Of a DNA stretch of 32,000 nucleotides, positions 15,819 to 24,239 are shown one piece after another. This DNA comes from Geotalea daltonii FRC-32 (GTDB taxonomy: Bacteria > Desulfobacterota > Desulfuromonadia > Geobacterales > Geobacteraceae), in assembly GCF_000022265.1 (NCBI RefSeq), contig NC_011979.1, positions 780,001-812,000 on the forward strand, written 5' to 3'. Position numbers and translations under genes: made by a program. A model generated the notes under the pieces. That model had not been told where the DNA came from, searched no databases, and was given only the letters and a program-made list of their open reading frames with translations. Position 1 is the first letter of the stretch; the number at the start of each line of letters is the position of its first letter.

Positions 15819-16039
15819 TATTAATTGATAGCATACAATCTATTTGTTTGCTATGTTTTTGTGCGAGCGCAATTTTCTAAAGGTTCATTGCATCGGTCAT
15901 TTTCGCATTTTCTGCGGGGACTGCGCCCCCATCTCCGATTGATAGAGATGCTTGAGCGGTTAGAGCGGCAGTGTCATGACCGGAGATAAATGCTTATTGT
16001 GACATGGACCACAATGGTGGCCCTTTTTGCAATTTCATC

Positions 16040-16086
16040 TTGACCGGTTATCTATCACCGATTAATATGCGAATTAATATTCGCAT
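16040..16086 (+). promoter_or_regulatory. Sigma70-like promoter overlapped by a palindromic TetR-type operator
   Basis: TTGACC (16040-16045), 17-nt spacer, TAATAT (16063-16068). The inverted repeat ATGCGAAT-TAAT-ATTCGCAT (16067-16086) has perfect 8-bp arms and ends 10 nt before the tetR-like start. Confidence 0.6.
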
Positions 16087-16096
16087 GAGGTGGTTG

Positions 16097-16687
16097 ATGT
16101 TACAAAAAAAAAGTACTCGCGTCCGCAAGGAAGAGATCGTTCAGGCTGCCCTTGAGGTGATCGGCCGTAAGGGGGTACGTGCACTTACCATCTCCGCCAT
16201 TGCCGATGCAGCTGGCATGAGTGAGGCCAACATTTATCGTCATTTTGCCGGCAAGGATGAGATTTTCTCTGCGCTTGGGGAATTCATCGGCAGTGCGGTC
16301 ATGGGCAAGGCAGCTACCATTGCCGGAGGAAGCCGAAAGCCGCTGGAAAAACTGGAAATCATCTTCTTCTCCCATATTGCTCTTCTAGCAGACCATCCGG
16401 GGATACCACGTTTCGTTTTTTCCGACGATATTCATCTTGGAAACCGCAATCTGGCGGACATGCTGGCAGTGCGCATCAATAGCTACATTGAAACCATAAC
16501 CGGCGTCATTGCTGCAGGGGTTGCCGAAGGCGAGCTGAGGCAGGGGCTTGCTCCCCGGCAAACCGCCCTGACCCTCCTCGGCATGATCCAGTTCACCGCC
16601 ATGCGATGGAATATGAGCAATGCATCCTTTGATATTCAAGCAGAGGCGGAAAAGCTCTGGCAAAATTTCATTTCTCTGGTCGGCTGA
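16097..16687 (+). CDS. TetR/AcrR-family transcriptional repressor
   Basis: N-terminal HTH RKEEIVQAALEVIGRKGVRALTISAIADAAGMSEANIYRHFAGKDEIF. The start at 16097 is preceded by GAGGTGG. Confidence 0.92.
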   Translation: MLQKKSTRVRKEEIVQAALEVIGRKGVRALTISAIADAAGMSEANIYRHFAGKDEIFSALGEFIGSAVMGKAATIAGGSRKPLEKLEIIFFSHIALLADHPGIPRFVFSDDIHLGNRNLADMLAVRINSYIETITGVIAAGVAEGELRQGLAPRQTALTLLGMIQFTAMRWNMSNASFDIQAEAEKLWQNFISLVG

Positions 16688-16822
16688 TTTTTTTTCGCAT
16701 ATATGTGAGCAGATAATCACTTTACATTGCATTTACTATATAAATCGATTATAGAGATTATGTCGGGAAATGAAATGAAGGTGAAGAACCAGCAGCAAAA
16801 ATTATCAAGGAGGAATTGCCCG

Positions 16823-18124
16823 ATGAGTGATTCCCGAGCAGAGAACAATGACGTCCAGATAAGAAAATCGATCCGGTTGCTTTTCCTTTTGTTGTTAGCG
16901 GTTTCCCCTTCGCCGCTCTTTGCTGCTTCACCTCTGTCCCTTGATGAAGCATTGGTGATGGCTCTAAAAAAACACCCCCAGCTGATCGAGGCAAGAGAAA
17001 ACGTGAATGGCTCCGAGGCCAGGACAGGTCAGGCTCTGGCTAACTACTATCCCCAGATCAGTGTCGTTGCCGATTGGAGCAAGGGGCGCTCCTTTTTTGG
17101 TCCTCTTGAAAGAGCGATATCAACAGAGGTACACACGGAAGCCATGTACCTGAAGCAGACCATATATGATTTCGGTCGCACAAAGGGATCAGTTGACGCA
17201 GCGCAGAGCGCTCGTGAGGCTGCAGCTGAAACTGTGGCCATTGCGCGGCAAGACGTAGCTCTCAGGGTGCGCATTGCATTCTATCTTCTGCTGGCCGCTG
17301 AGAAACAGGTTCTGGCCACCGGGGAAACAGTCCGGGCGCGGGAGGCAGTCTTTCAGCAGGCTCAGGAATTCTTCATTCAGGGAATCAGGGCAAAGGTTGA
17401 GGTGTCCAGGGCAGAAGCAAATCTGTATGCAGCCAAGACCGCCCTGATCCGGGCGGAGAACAACAGGGACCTTGCCAAGGTCGAACTGGCCAACTCCATC
17501 GGCATTCCATCATTGGCCGACCGCCAACCTGTGGCACCGGCGATTGGTTCAGCACCTTTACCCGATGAGAGCCAGGTGCTGCAGGAGGCAATCAGCCGCA
17601 GGTCAGAGCTGAAGCAACTGGATTCCTTGGGATCGGTGGCAGCGGCAAATCTCAAAACGGCAAGAAGCGGGTATCTCCCAATCCTGTCAGGTACCGCCAG
17701 TGTCGGCTACGCCGACCGGAGTTTTCCTCCTGGAGACAATGTCTGGGGAGTTGGTTTGAACCTGACAATGCCGCTCTTCAGCGGGTTTTCCACCAGGGAG
17801 CAGGAAAAGGAGTCCTTGGCGGCACTGCGGGGGGTTGAAGCCCGGAAAAATAGCGTGAAGTTGCAAGTAGTAAAGGATGTTAAATTCGCCTGGCTCGGGG
17901 TCAGGGAGGCAACCGACCGTATTGTCTCGACGAAAAAGGAAGTGGCGGCGGCCGGGGAGAATCAGGCTCTGGCCATGGGCCGCTACCAGGAAGGAGTCGG
18001 CACTATCGTCGAGGTAACCGATGCTCAAGCTCAGGCACTGGATGCGGACACGGCCCACATCCAGGCGGTATATGATTACCAGATCGCCCTGGCCCGTCTT
18101 GACCGGGCTGTGGGAAAAGAGTGA
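16823..18124 (+). CDS. TolC-family outer-membrane efflux protein
   Basis: Signal peptide, then LSLDEALVMALKKHPQL, two tandem OEP repeats, and a C-terminal YDYQIALARLDRAVG. The start at 16823 follows AAGGAGGA. Confidence 0.9.
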   Translation: MSDSRAENNDVQIRKSIRLLFLLLLAVSPSPLFAASPLSLDEALVMALKKHPQLIEARENVNGSEARTGQALANYYPQISVVADWSKGRSFFGPLERAISTEVHTEAMYLKQTIYDFGRTKGSVDAAQSAREAAAETVAIARQDVALRVRIAFYLLLAAEKQVLATGETVRAREAVFQQAQEFFIQGIRAKVEVSRAEANLYAAKTALIRAENNRDLAKVELANSIGIPSLADRQPVAPAIGSAPLPDESQVLQEAISRRSELKQLDSLGSVAAANLKTARSGYLPILSGTASVGYADRSFPPGDNVWGVGLNLTMPLFSGFSTREQEKESLAALRGVEARKNSVKLQVVKDVKFAWLGVREATDRIVSTKKEVAAAGENQALAMGRYQEGVGTIVEVTDAQAQALDADTAHIQAVYDYQIALARLDRAVGKE

Positions 18125-18148
18125 GAAGCATTTTCAAAGGGGTGGAGT

Positions 18149-19318
18149 ATGGAACTGTTCAAAACATTGAAGCAGAAGAAGTACCTGATCTGGGTCGTGA
18201 CCCTGGTAGCTGTAGTCATCCTGCTTAAAGTCACTCTTCTTGCACCGAAGCGGGTCAAGGTGGTCAGGGTTGAAAAACGTGACCTGACGGCTGAAGTATA
18301 TGGCAACGGCACCGTGGAGGCCAAGGTGGTGGTTGGCGTCTCGAGCAAGATCACCGGCCGGATTGTTGAGCTTTATGCCGATCAGGGTGATCGGGTGAAA
18401 CGGGGACAGCTTCTGGCCAAACTGGATAATGACGATTTTCTGCAGCAGGAGCAGCAATCTTTGGCAGGGCTCAATCGATCAGCAGCCAGCTTAAATGTCG
18501 TACAGGCGAACCTGCAGAAGGCAAAAGCCAGTCTGGTTCTTGCTGAAAAAAATGCCAACCGCTTCAAAAATCTGGCTGAAAAAAATCTTGTCTCAAAACT
18601 GGAGGCAGAGCAGTACGATACTGCTTGCCGGGTGGCCAGGGAAGAGGTGGCCCGAAGTCAGGCGGAGGTGAAGGCCATGCATATGGAGCAGCGGGCAAGT
18701 CGCGCCAATCTGGGCTTTGCCCGGAGCAAAGCGAGCGACACCCTTATTTATGCCCCCCAGGACGGCATTATTATCACCCGTGATCTGGAACAGGGGGCGA
18801 CGGTCACTCCAGGTGTGTCGATCTTTACCATGGCCGATCCCCGAGTCGTCTGGGTCAAGGCAAACGTGGATGAGTCGCAGCTCAAAGGAGTGGCAATCGG
18901 CAAAAAAGCCATGATCACCTTGCGTTCTTCAGCGGCTGAACCGGTTCCCGGCCGGGTGGCCCGACTGGGGCATCAGAGCGACCGGGTGACTGAAGAGCTG
19001 GAAGTTGACGTGGCCTTTACCGACACCTTAAAAGACTTCCGGTTGGGTGAACAGGCGGATGTTTATATCGTCACCGGGACGAAAAAAGACGCTCCTTCAC
19101 TCCCCTCAGCCGCCATTGTTACCAAGGAAAAAAAGCGGGGAGTCTGGGTCATTGTCGAGGGGAGGCTTGCCTTCAGACCGGTGACTGTTGGCATCGAAGA
19201 TCGCCGAAATTCCAGTGAAATTCTTGCCGGGCTTGACGGAACCGATCAGGTTGCCTTAATACACCCCTCAAACATGGCAAAGTTCAAGGATGGCATGCGG
19301 GTGAGGCAGTCGCCATGA
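18149..19318 (+). CDS. Efflux periplasmic adaptor (HlyD/MacA-type membrane fusion protein)
   Basis: N-terminal TM anchor, a lipoyl-like segment (SKITGRIVELYADQGDRVKRGQLLAKLD), a coiled-coil hairpin, and a beta-barrel domain. Confidence 0.9.
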   Translation: MELFKTLKQKKYLIWVVTLVAVVILLKVTLLAPKRVKVVRVEKRDLTAEVYGNGTVEAKVVVGVSSKITGRIVELYADQGDRVKRGQLLAKLDNDDFLQQEQQSLAGLNRSAASLNVVQANLQKAKASLVLAEKNANRFKNLAEKNLVSKLEAEQYDTACRVAREEVARSQAEVKAMHMEQRASRANLGFARSKASDTLIYAPQDGIIITRDLEQGATVTPGVSIFTMADPRVVWVKANVDESQLKGVAIGKKAMITLRSSAAEPVPGRVARLGHQSDRVTEELEVDVAFTDTLKDFRLGEQADVYIVTGTKKDAPSLPSAAIVTKEKKRGVWVIVEGRLAFRPVTVGIEDRRNSSEILAGLDGTDQVALIHPSNMAKFKDGMRVRQSP

Positions 19319-20517
19319 ATCTGGCCATCAGGGATATACGTTATCACCGGGGGAGGTTCATTCTCACCTCCATCGGACTGGGACTGCTCCTAGGGATAGT
19401 AATGAGCATGGGGGGGATCTACCGCGGTCTGGTAGCCGATGCCCTTGAGATAATGACTGCCACCGGAGCTGACCTGTGGGTAGTGCAGGCGCATACGAAC
19501 GGCCCCTTTGCCGAAAGCTCGAGGATTCCCGAAGACGTCAAATATCGCATACAGGCAGTGCCTGGAGTAGAAAAAGCATCTCCCCTTTCATTTCAAACCA
19601 TCCAGATCGAGAGAAAGGGGAAACAGTTCCGATTCTTTCTCATCGGCTATAACCTCAGTGGCTTGGGGGGGCCGCCGAATATCATCGCCGGCCGGGATAT
19701 CCGGCAAAAGCATTATGAGATGGTGGCGGCCAAAGGAATGAAGATGAAGGTGGGCGAGAAAATTCACCTGGGGCTCCACGATTACACGGTCGTGGGTATT
19801 ACGGACAGGATCGTTTCATCCGGCGGTGACCCGGCAGCTTACGTGAGTCTGGCTGACGCCCAGGAAATACAGTTCAAGAAAGACAACAATGCCATCAGAA
19901 ACAATCGGGCACGGATCGGAGCAAGTCTGGCCGGCAATCAGTCACTCCCTCCGGCTCAGGCAGGATCCCTCCTGCAGGACGTTACCAACATAGCCGAATC
20001 TACCCACACTGTAAACGCGGTGGTGGCACGACTGACTCCCGGGGCGAACCTTCATGAGGTGCAGGAGCGGATCAGCCGTTGGAATCACTTTCGTCCCATT
20101 TCGGCGGAAGAACAGACAAAGATCCTCACCAAGGGCATGATTGAGCAGGCGCGGATGCAACTGGGGCTTTTCCGGGTCATGCTGCTGGTAATATCAGGGG
20201 TCATCATTGCCCTTATCATCTATACTTCGACCATGGACAAGATCAAGGTTATAGCTACCCTGAAGCTGATCGGCGCCCAAAACCGGGTCATCATCGGCAT
20301 GATCCTCGAGCAGTCACTTTTGATGGGTCTGATCGCCTATGGCATCGGCTACCTGCTGATCAACCTCACCTATGATAATTTTCCGCGCCGTGTTGTCCTG
20401 CAATCATTTGACCTGCAGGTTCTCTTCGTCATAGTTCTCGTAATCTGTACCATTTCAAGCTTTGTCGGCATACGCAAGGCGTTCAAGGTCGAGCCGGCTG
20501 AGGCCCTGGGGGGGTAA
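19315..20517 (+). CDS. ABC transporter permease, FtsX/MacB-like
   Basis: N-terminal TM, a large periplasmic domain, and a C-terminal FtsX-type 3-TM block (LKLIGAQNRVIIGMILEQS). The ATG overlaps the upstream stop (ATGA at 19315-19318). Confidence 0.9.
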   Translation: MNLAIRDIRYHRGRFILTSIGLGLLLGIVMSMGGIYRGLVADALEIMTATGADLWVVQAHTNGPFAESSRIPEDVKYRIQAVPGVEKASPLSFQTIQIERKGKQFRFFLIGYNLSGLGGPPNIIAGRDIRQKHYEMVAAKGMKMKVGEKIHLGLHDYTVVGITDRIVSSGGDPAAYVSLADAQEIQFKKDNNAIRNNRARIGASLAGNQSLPPAQAGSLLQDVTNIAESTHTVNAVVARLTPGANLHEVQERISRWNHFRPISAEEQTKILTKGMIEQARMQLGLFRVMLLVISGVIIALIIYTSTMDKIKVIATLKLIGAQNRVIIGMILEQSLLMGLIAYGIGYLLINLTYDNFPRRVVLQSFDLQVLFVIVLVICTISSFVGIRKAFKVEPAEALGG

Positions 20518-20522
20518 ATACC

Positions 20523-21251
20523 ATGTATGCCGTTGAAGTGGAACAACTGACAAAAAGGTACGGCAAGGGTGATACCCTGGTGACCGCCATTGCCGACGCC
20601 ACCTTTCAGGTCAGGCCGGGGGAGCTGGTCGCCATTCTTGGTCCCTCCGGGTCGGGGAAGACTACCCTCCTTACTTCGATCGGTCTGATCAATGAGCCGA
20701 CCCATGGCAAGGTTGTCATTGACGGAGAAAAGGTGGCCGACGAAGGATGGCTGCCGGGACTGGATCTGAAGAAGCTGCGTCGGGAAAAGCTGGGTTTCAT
20801 CTTCCAGGCCCACAACCTGATCCCCTTTCTCACCGCCCTGGAAAACGTCATGATCGCCCTGGAAATCAACGATCTGCCAAGGAAGGAAGCTAAAGCCAGG
20901 GCCATCGAACTGTTCCATGCACTTAACCTCGGCCATCGCCTCAACAGCTACCCCATGTCCCTTTCCGGTGGGGAAGCACAGCGCGTAGCCATTGCCCGAG
21001 CCATGGCCAACAAGCCGAAGGTAATCCTGGCCGATGAACCGACCGCGGCATTGGATACGGAAAACGGGAAAAACGTCATGACTCTTCTGAAAAAGCTGGC
21101 TGTGGAAAATCAGTCGGCCATTCTCGTCGTTACCCATGACCATCGTATGGTGGAAGGCTTCGACCGTATTTTCCATGTGAGCGACGGCAGGATTGCCGCC
21201 AGGCTCACCGCTCGGGGGAGTGAATTATTCTCGACGCCGACCGGCGACTGA
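20523..21251 (+). CDS. ABC transporter ATP-binding protein (MacB/LolD-type)
   Basis: Walker A GPSGSGKTT, signature LSGGEAQRVAIARA, Walker B ILADEPTAALD, H-loop VTHD. Confidence 0.95.
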   Translation: MYAVEVEQLTKRYGKGDTLVTAIADATFQVRPGELVAILGPSGSGKTTLLTSIGLINEPTHGKVVIDGEKVADEGWLPGLDLKKLRREKLGFIFQAHNLIPFLTALENVMIALEINDLPRKEAKARAIELFHALNLGHRLNSYPMSLSGGEAQRVAIARAMANKPKVILADEPTAALDTENGKNVMTLLKKLAVENQSAILVVTHDHRMVEGFDRIFHVSDGRIAARLTARGSELFSTPTGD

Positions 21252-21284
21252 ACGTGCTGCGGCCGTTACCAAGGTGATGAAACA

Positions 21285-21503
21285 ATGAACAGACTGCTCG
21301 ACTACCGGTTTCTTATCCCGATGGCGCTGCTCCTGGGCTTAGCGCCATTTTTTCCCAAACCGCATCTGGTGGAGAAACTCAGCATGCTGCTGGCCGGCAC
21401 GTTGAAAAGGCCCATCGATGTCTTTGACCTGCTTTGGCATATTTGGCCTTTTGTTTCGCTTGGTTACCGGGTATTCCTGGATTTGAGGGCGCGAAAACAA
21501 TAA
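21285..21503 (+). CDS. Small membrane protein (72 aa), unknown function
   Basis: RBS AAGGTGA lies 7 nt upstream. There are two hydrophobic segments, and the gene directly follows the efflux operon. Confidence 0.5.
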   Translation: MNRLLDYRFLIPMALLLGLAPFFPKPHLVEKLSMLLAGTLKRPIDVFDLLWHIWPFVSLGYRVFLDLRARKQ

Positions 21504-21574
21504 TCGCAACTACCGCTCGGTTTCGTCGGCACCACCATGGACGGGTCTTCGCGCTCTGCCCAATCCCCTGATCG

Positions 21575-22222
21575 TCAGTCGTGGCAGCTGCAGCTGCATG
21601 AGCAGGCAAGGCCGGCGGCCTTGCCGAAGGCTTCCTTTCCTTCCTTCCACGATAAATATGCGATGATCAATGCTCCGATTGCATCGAGACTGCCGATGCC
21701 GGTCAACTCATAGCCGACGCTGGCAGCCATCAGCACCAGGGATAGATAGAGACATGCCCTGGAGCAGGCGGCGTCGGCCAGGATGGCAGGGGACGAGAGC
21801 GCCTTGCCGACCTTCATTTTCTGCCGGATCAGCAGCCACATGAAAGAGATGGAAACACTGGAGATGACAATTCCCCAGAGGGTGGTTTCCGGCTTGTGAT
21901 GTTGCACCATATTGATGACAGCCGACGCTATCAGGCCGGCTGTCAGGATGTAAAACGCCCCACCGGTGATCCTGAGGGCGGTCTGCTCGAACCTGTCCCG
22001 CTCTTCTTCACCATTGATCCTTATCCTGCCGAGCATGTGCCACACCCCTACCGCAGAAATGACCTCGATGAAAGAATCGACTCCGAAGCCGAAGAGCGCC
22101 AGGGTTTCATCTGCAGCACCGAGTCCCATGGAGGCGACTCCTTCCACAAGATTGTAGATAATGGTAATAACTGCGAGTAGATGCGCCTTCCCATAGAGAT
22201 CCTTTATTCCTTTTCCACCCAT
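21575..22222 (-). CDS. Cation-efflux (CDF-like) membrane-domain protein with a Cys-rich C-terminal tail
   Basis: Six predicted TM segments with GFGVDSFIEVISA and LADAACS motifs typical of cation-efflux TMDs. There is no cytoplasmic CTD; the tail is ACSCSCSCHD. RBS AAGGAG. Confidence 0.75.
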   Translation of the reverse strand: MGGKGIKDLYGKAHLLAVITIIYNLVEGVASMGLGAADETLALFGFGVDSFIEVISAVGVWHMLGRIRINGEEERDRFEQTALRITGGAFYILTAGLIASAVINMVQHHKPETTLWGIVISSVSISFMWLLIRQKMKVGKALSSPAILADAACSRACLYLSLVLMAASVGYELTGIGSLDAIGALIIAYLSWKEGKEAFGKAAGLACSCSCSCHD

Positions 22223-22339
22223 ACTGGCCGCACTCCTTTTTGCTTATTCTGCAGCTACCTTTTACGAAACAATTACAGAAACAATCCTTTAAGAACTTAC
22301 AATAGTAGATAAGTACTTAATTTACAACGGGAGATCCTC

Positions 22340-23833
22340 ATGAAAATTTTGCTGGTTTATCCGCACTATCCGGATACTTTCTGGAGTTTTCGCCATGCAT
22401 TGAAGTTCATCGGCAGGAAGGCCAGTTTTCCCCCCTTGGGTCTTCTTACTGTGGCTGCCATGCTCCCGGCCCAATGGGAAAAGAAGCTTGTGGATATGAA
22501 CGTAGCCGAGCTGACCGACAGGGATATCAAGTGGGCTGACCTTGTCTTCATCAGTGCCATGAGTATTCAACGGGAGTCGGCAGAAACGGTTATCAGTCGT
22601 TGTCGTAATCTGGGGGTGAAAACCGTTGCCGGTGGTCCCCTTTTCATCGCCTTCCACGATCAATTTTCCCAAGTGGATCATCTGGTGCTGGGAGAGGCAG
22701 AGATAACCCTCCAGAGATTTCTTGACGATCTGGAAATGGGCGTGCCCGGCCACATTTATCAAGACGAACGCCGCGCCGATCTGGCCGACACCCCTGTGCC
22801 ACTTTGGGAACTGGCAGATCTGCGCAAATATGCGGGAATGAACATTCAGTATTCCAGGGGGTGCCCCTTCGACTGCGAGTTTTGCGACATCACAGGGCTG
22901 TTTGGGCGCAAACCCCGGACCAAGCAAACTGCTCAGCTGCTGGTGGAACTGGAAAGTCTGTATTCAAGAGGTTGGCGTGGATCAATCTTTTTTGTAGACG
23001 ATAATTTCATCGGCGACAAGCAAAAACTTAAAAGGGAAATTCTGCCTGCCATAAGGGGCTGGATGGAGAAGAGAAACCATCCTTTCTATTTTTACACGGA
23101 GGCGTCCATAGACCTTGCCGATGACGGGGAATTGATGCGGATGATGGTCGAGGCCGGTTTCCAGGAGGTCTTCATCGGCATAGAAACCCCCCATGGCGAG
23201 GTGCTGACCGAGATTGGAAAAGTACAGAATAAGAACCGGGACCTTCTTGTTTCGGTAAAACGCATACAGCAGGCCGGCCTGCAGGTGCATGGCGGTTTTA
23301 TCGTCGGTTTCGACAGTGACCCGCCAACGATCTTCGACAGCCAGATCAGGTTTATACAGGAGAGCGGCATTGCCACGGCTATGGTCGGGATACTCACCGC
23401 CCTTCGCGGCACAAGGCTTTATCAGCGTCTGCGCCAGGAGGGAAGGCTTATTGGCGATGCTACCGGCAATAATATGGCCGTCTCCCTCAACTTCGTGCCG
23501 AGGATGGAAAGGTCTGCCCTGATAGGCGGCTATCGTGCCTTGCTCGATCATATCTACTCTCCGGATAATTATTACAAGCGGGTGAAGAAGCTTCTCAAGG
23601 AATACCGGCCGCTATACACCGGCAGATTCAATGTTCAACGGGGCTACCTGCCAGCTCTCTGGAAGTCAATTTTTTTTCTGGGTGTCCTGGGCAAGGAGCG
23701 GGTCCAATTCTGGAACCTTTTCTTCTGGTCGCTTTTGCGCAAGCCTCGGCTTTTCCCGTTGGCCATCACCTATGCCATATATGGTTTTCATTTCAGAAAA
23801 ATCACAGAAAAGCTCAGAGAAAATGTGGCCTAA
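22340..23833 (+). CDS. B12-binding-domain radical SAM protein (DUF4070-type C-terminus)
   Basis: The N-terminal MKILLVYPHYP....PPLGLLTVAAML is a cobalamin-binding Rossmann start. The radical SAM cluster motif is GCPFDCEFCD (CxxxCxxC). Confidence 0.88.
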   Translation: MKILLVYPHYPDTFWSFRHALKFIGRKASFPPLGLLTVAAMLPAQWEKKLVDMNVAELTDRDIKWADLVFISAMSIQRESAETVISRCRNLGVKTVAGGPLFIAFHDQFSQVDHLVLGEAEITLQRFLDDLEMGVPGHIYQDERRADLADTPVPLWELADLRKYAGMNIQYSRGCPFDCEFCDITGLFGRKPRTKQTAQLLVELESLYSRGWRGSIFFVDDNFIGDKQKLKREILPAIRGWMEKRNHPFYFYTEASIDLADDGELMRMMVEAGFQEVFIGIETPHGEVLTEIGKVQNKNRDLLVSVKRIQQAGLQVHGGFIVGFDSDPPTIFDSQIRFIQESGIATAMVGILTALRGTRLYQRLRQEGRLIGDATGNNMAVSLNFVPRMERSALIGGYRALLDHIYSPDNYYKRVKKLLKEYRPLYTGRFNVQRGYLPALWKSIFFLGVLGKERVQFWNLFFWSLLRKPRLFPLAITYAIYGFHFRKITEKLRENVA

Positions 23834-23875
23834 AATAGTTAGTAAAATTTTAATAACAAATTACAATTAAAAATG

Positions 23876-23903
23876 TTGACATTGATGTTGGTTAGATTAA
23901 AAT
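23876..23903 (+). promoter_or_regulatory. Sigma70-like promoter in the rSAM / histidine-kinase intergenic region
   Basis: TTGACA (23876-23881), 16-nt spacer, TAAAAT (23898-23903), with AT-rich upstream flanks. Confidence 0.4.
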
Positions 23904-24005
23904 AAGTTTAAATTTTGTGGGCCGACAGGAACCTGTTTACAGGCAACTGCAACGATATCTGGCGGAATCGAATGGGAAAAAATAGAAAATGCATCTGATG
24001 CTTTG

Positions 24006-24047
24006 GCCGGGGCGCTGCTCCTCCTTCGGGCACCCGGCTCTTTTTTT
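24006..24047 (+). terminator. Intrinsic terminator-like hairpin plus T7 run
   Basis: GCCGGG (24006-24011) pairs with CCCGGC (24033-24038), with extra G-C pairs inside. TCTTTTTTT follows (T-run 24041-24047). Confidence 0.55.
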
Positions 24048-24239
24048 CTCTGAAAAACCCTTCCAATTTAACCTGAGCAGGGAAGATTCCATGCAGAAAA
24101 TTTGCTGTTTGTCCTGATGCTGACCAATACGTTCATTCATCAACTTCCCGCAGGATCTGCAGCTCCGCCTGCCGTTGAAAATCCCCTTATACGGCCCGAT
24201 GAAGATTAGCTCCTGTAGTTACCGTACCACGAGGAAATT

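Noticed and set aside
15827-15854. ATAGCA ... TGCTAT inverted hexamers upstream of the MarR gene as a MarR operator
   Set aside because: The arms are only 6 bp and are separated by 15 nt, which is too weak to call without binding data or conservation.
20370-21176. 268-aa minus-strand ORF
   Set aside because: It is antisense to the ABC ATPase and permease genes, which have unambiguous Walker and signature motifs.
22322-23551. 201-aa and 189-aa minus-strand ORFs
   Set aside because: They are antisense to the radical SAM gene, which carries a clear CxxxCxxC motif.
23900-24050. Possible c-di-GMP / cGAMP (GEMM) riboswitch, considered because the gene content resembles Geobacter, where I recall such riboswitches being common
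   Set aside because: I could not find the conserved GEMM core elements (for example the ACGCAAAGC-type segment) by eye. I kept the region only as an unclassified candidate RNA.
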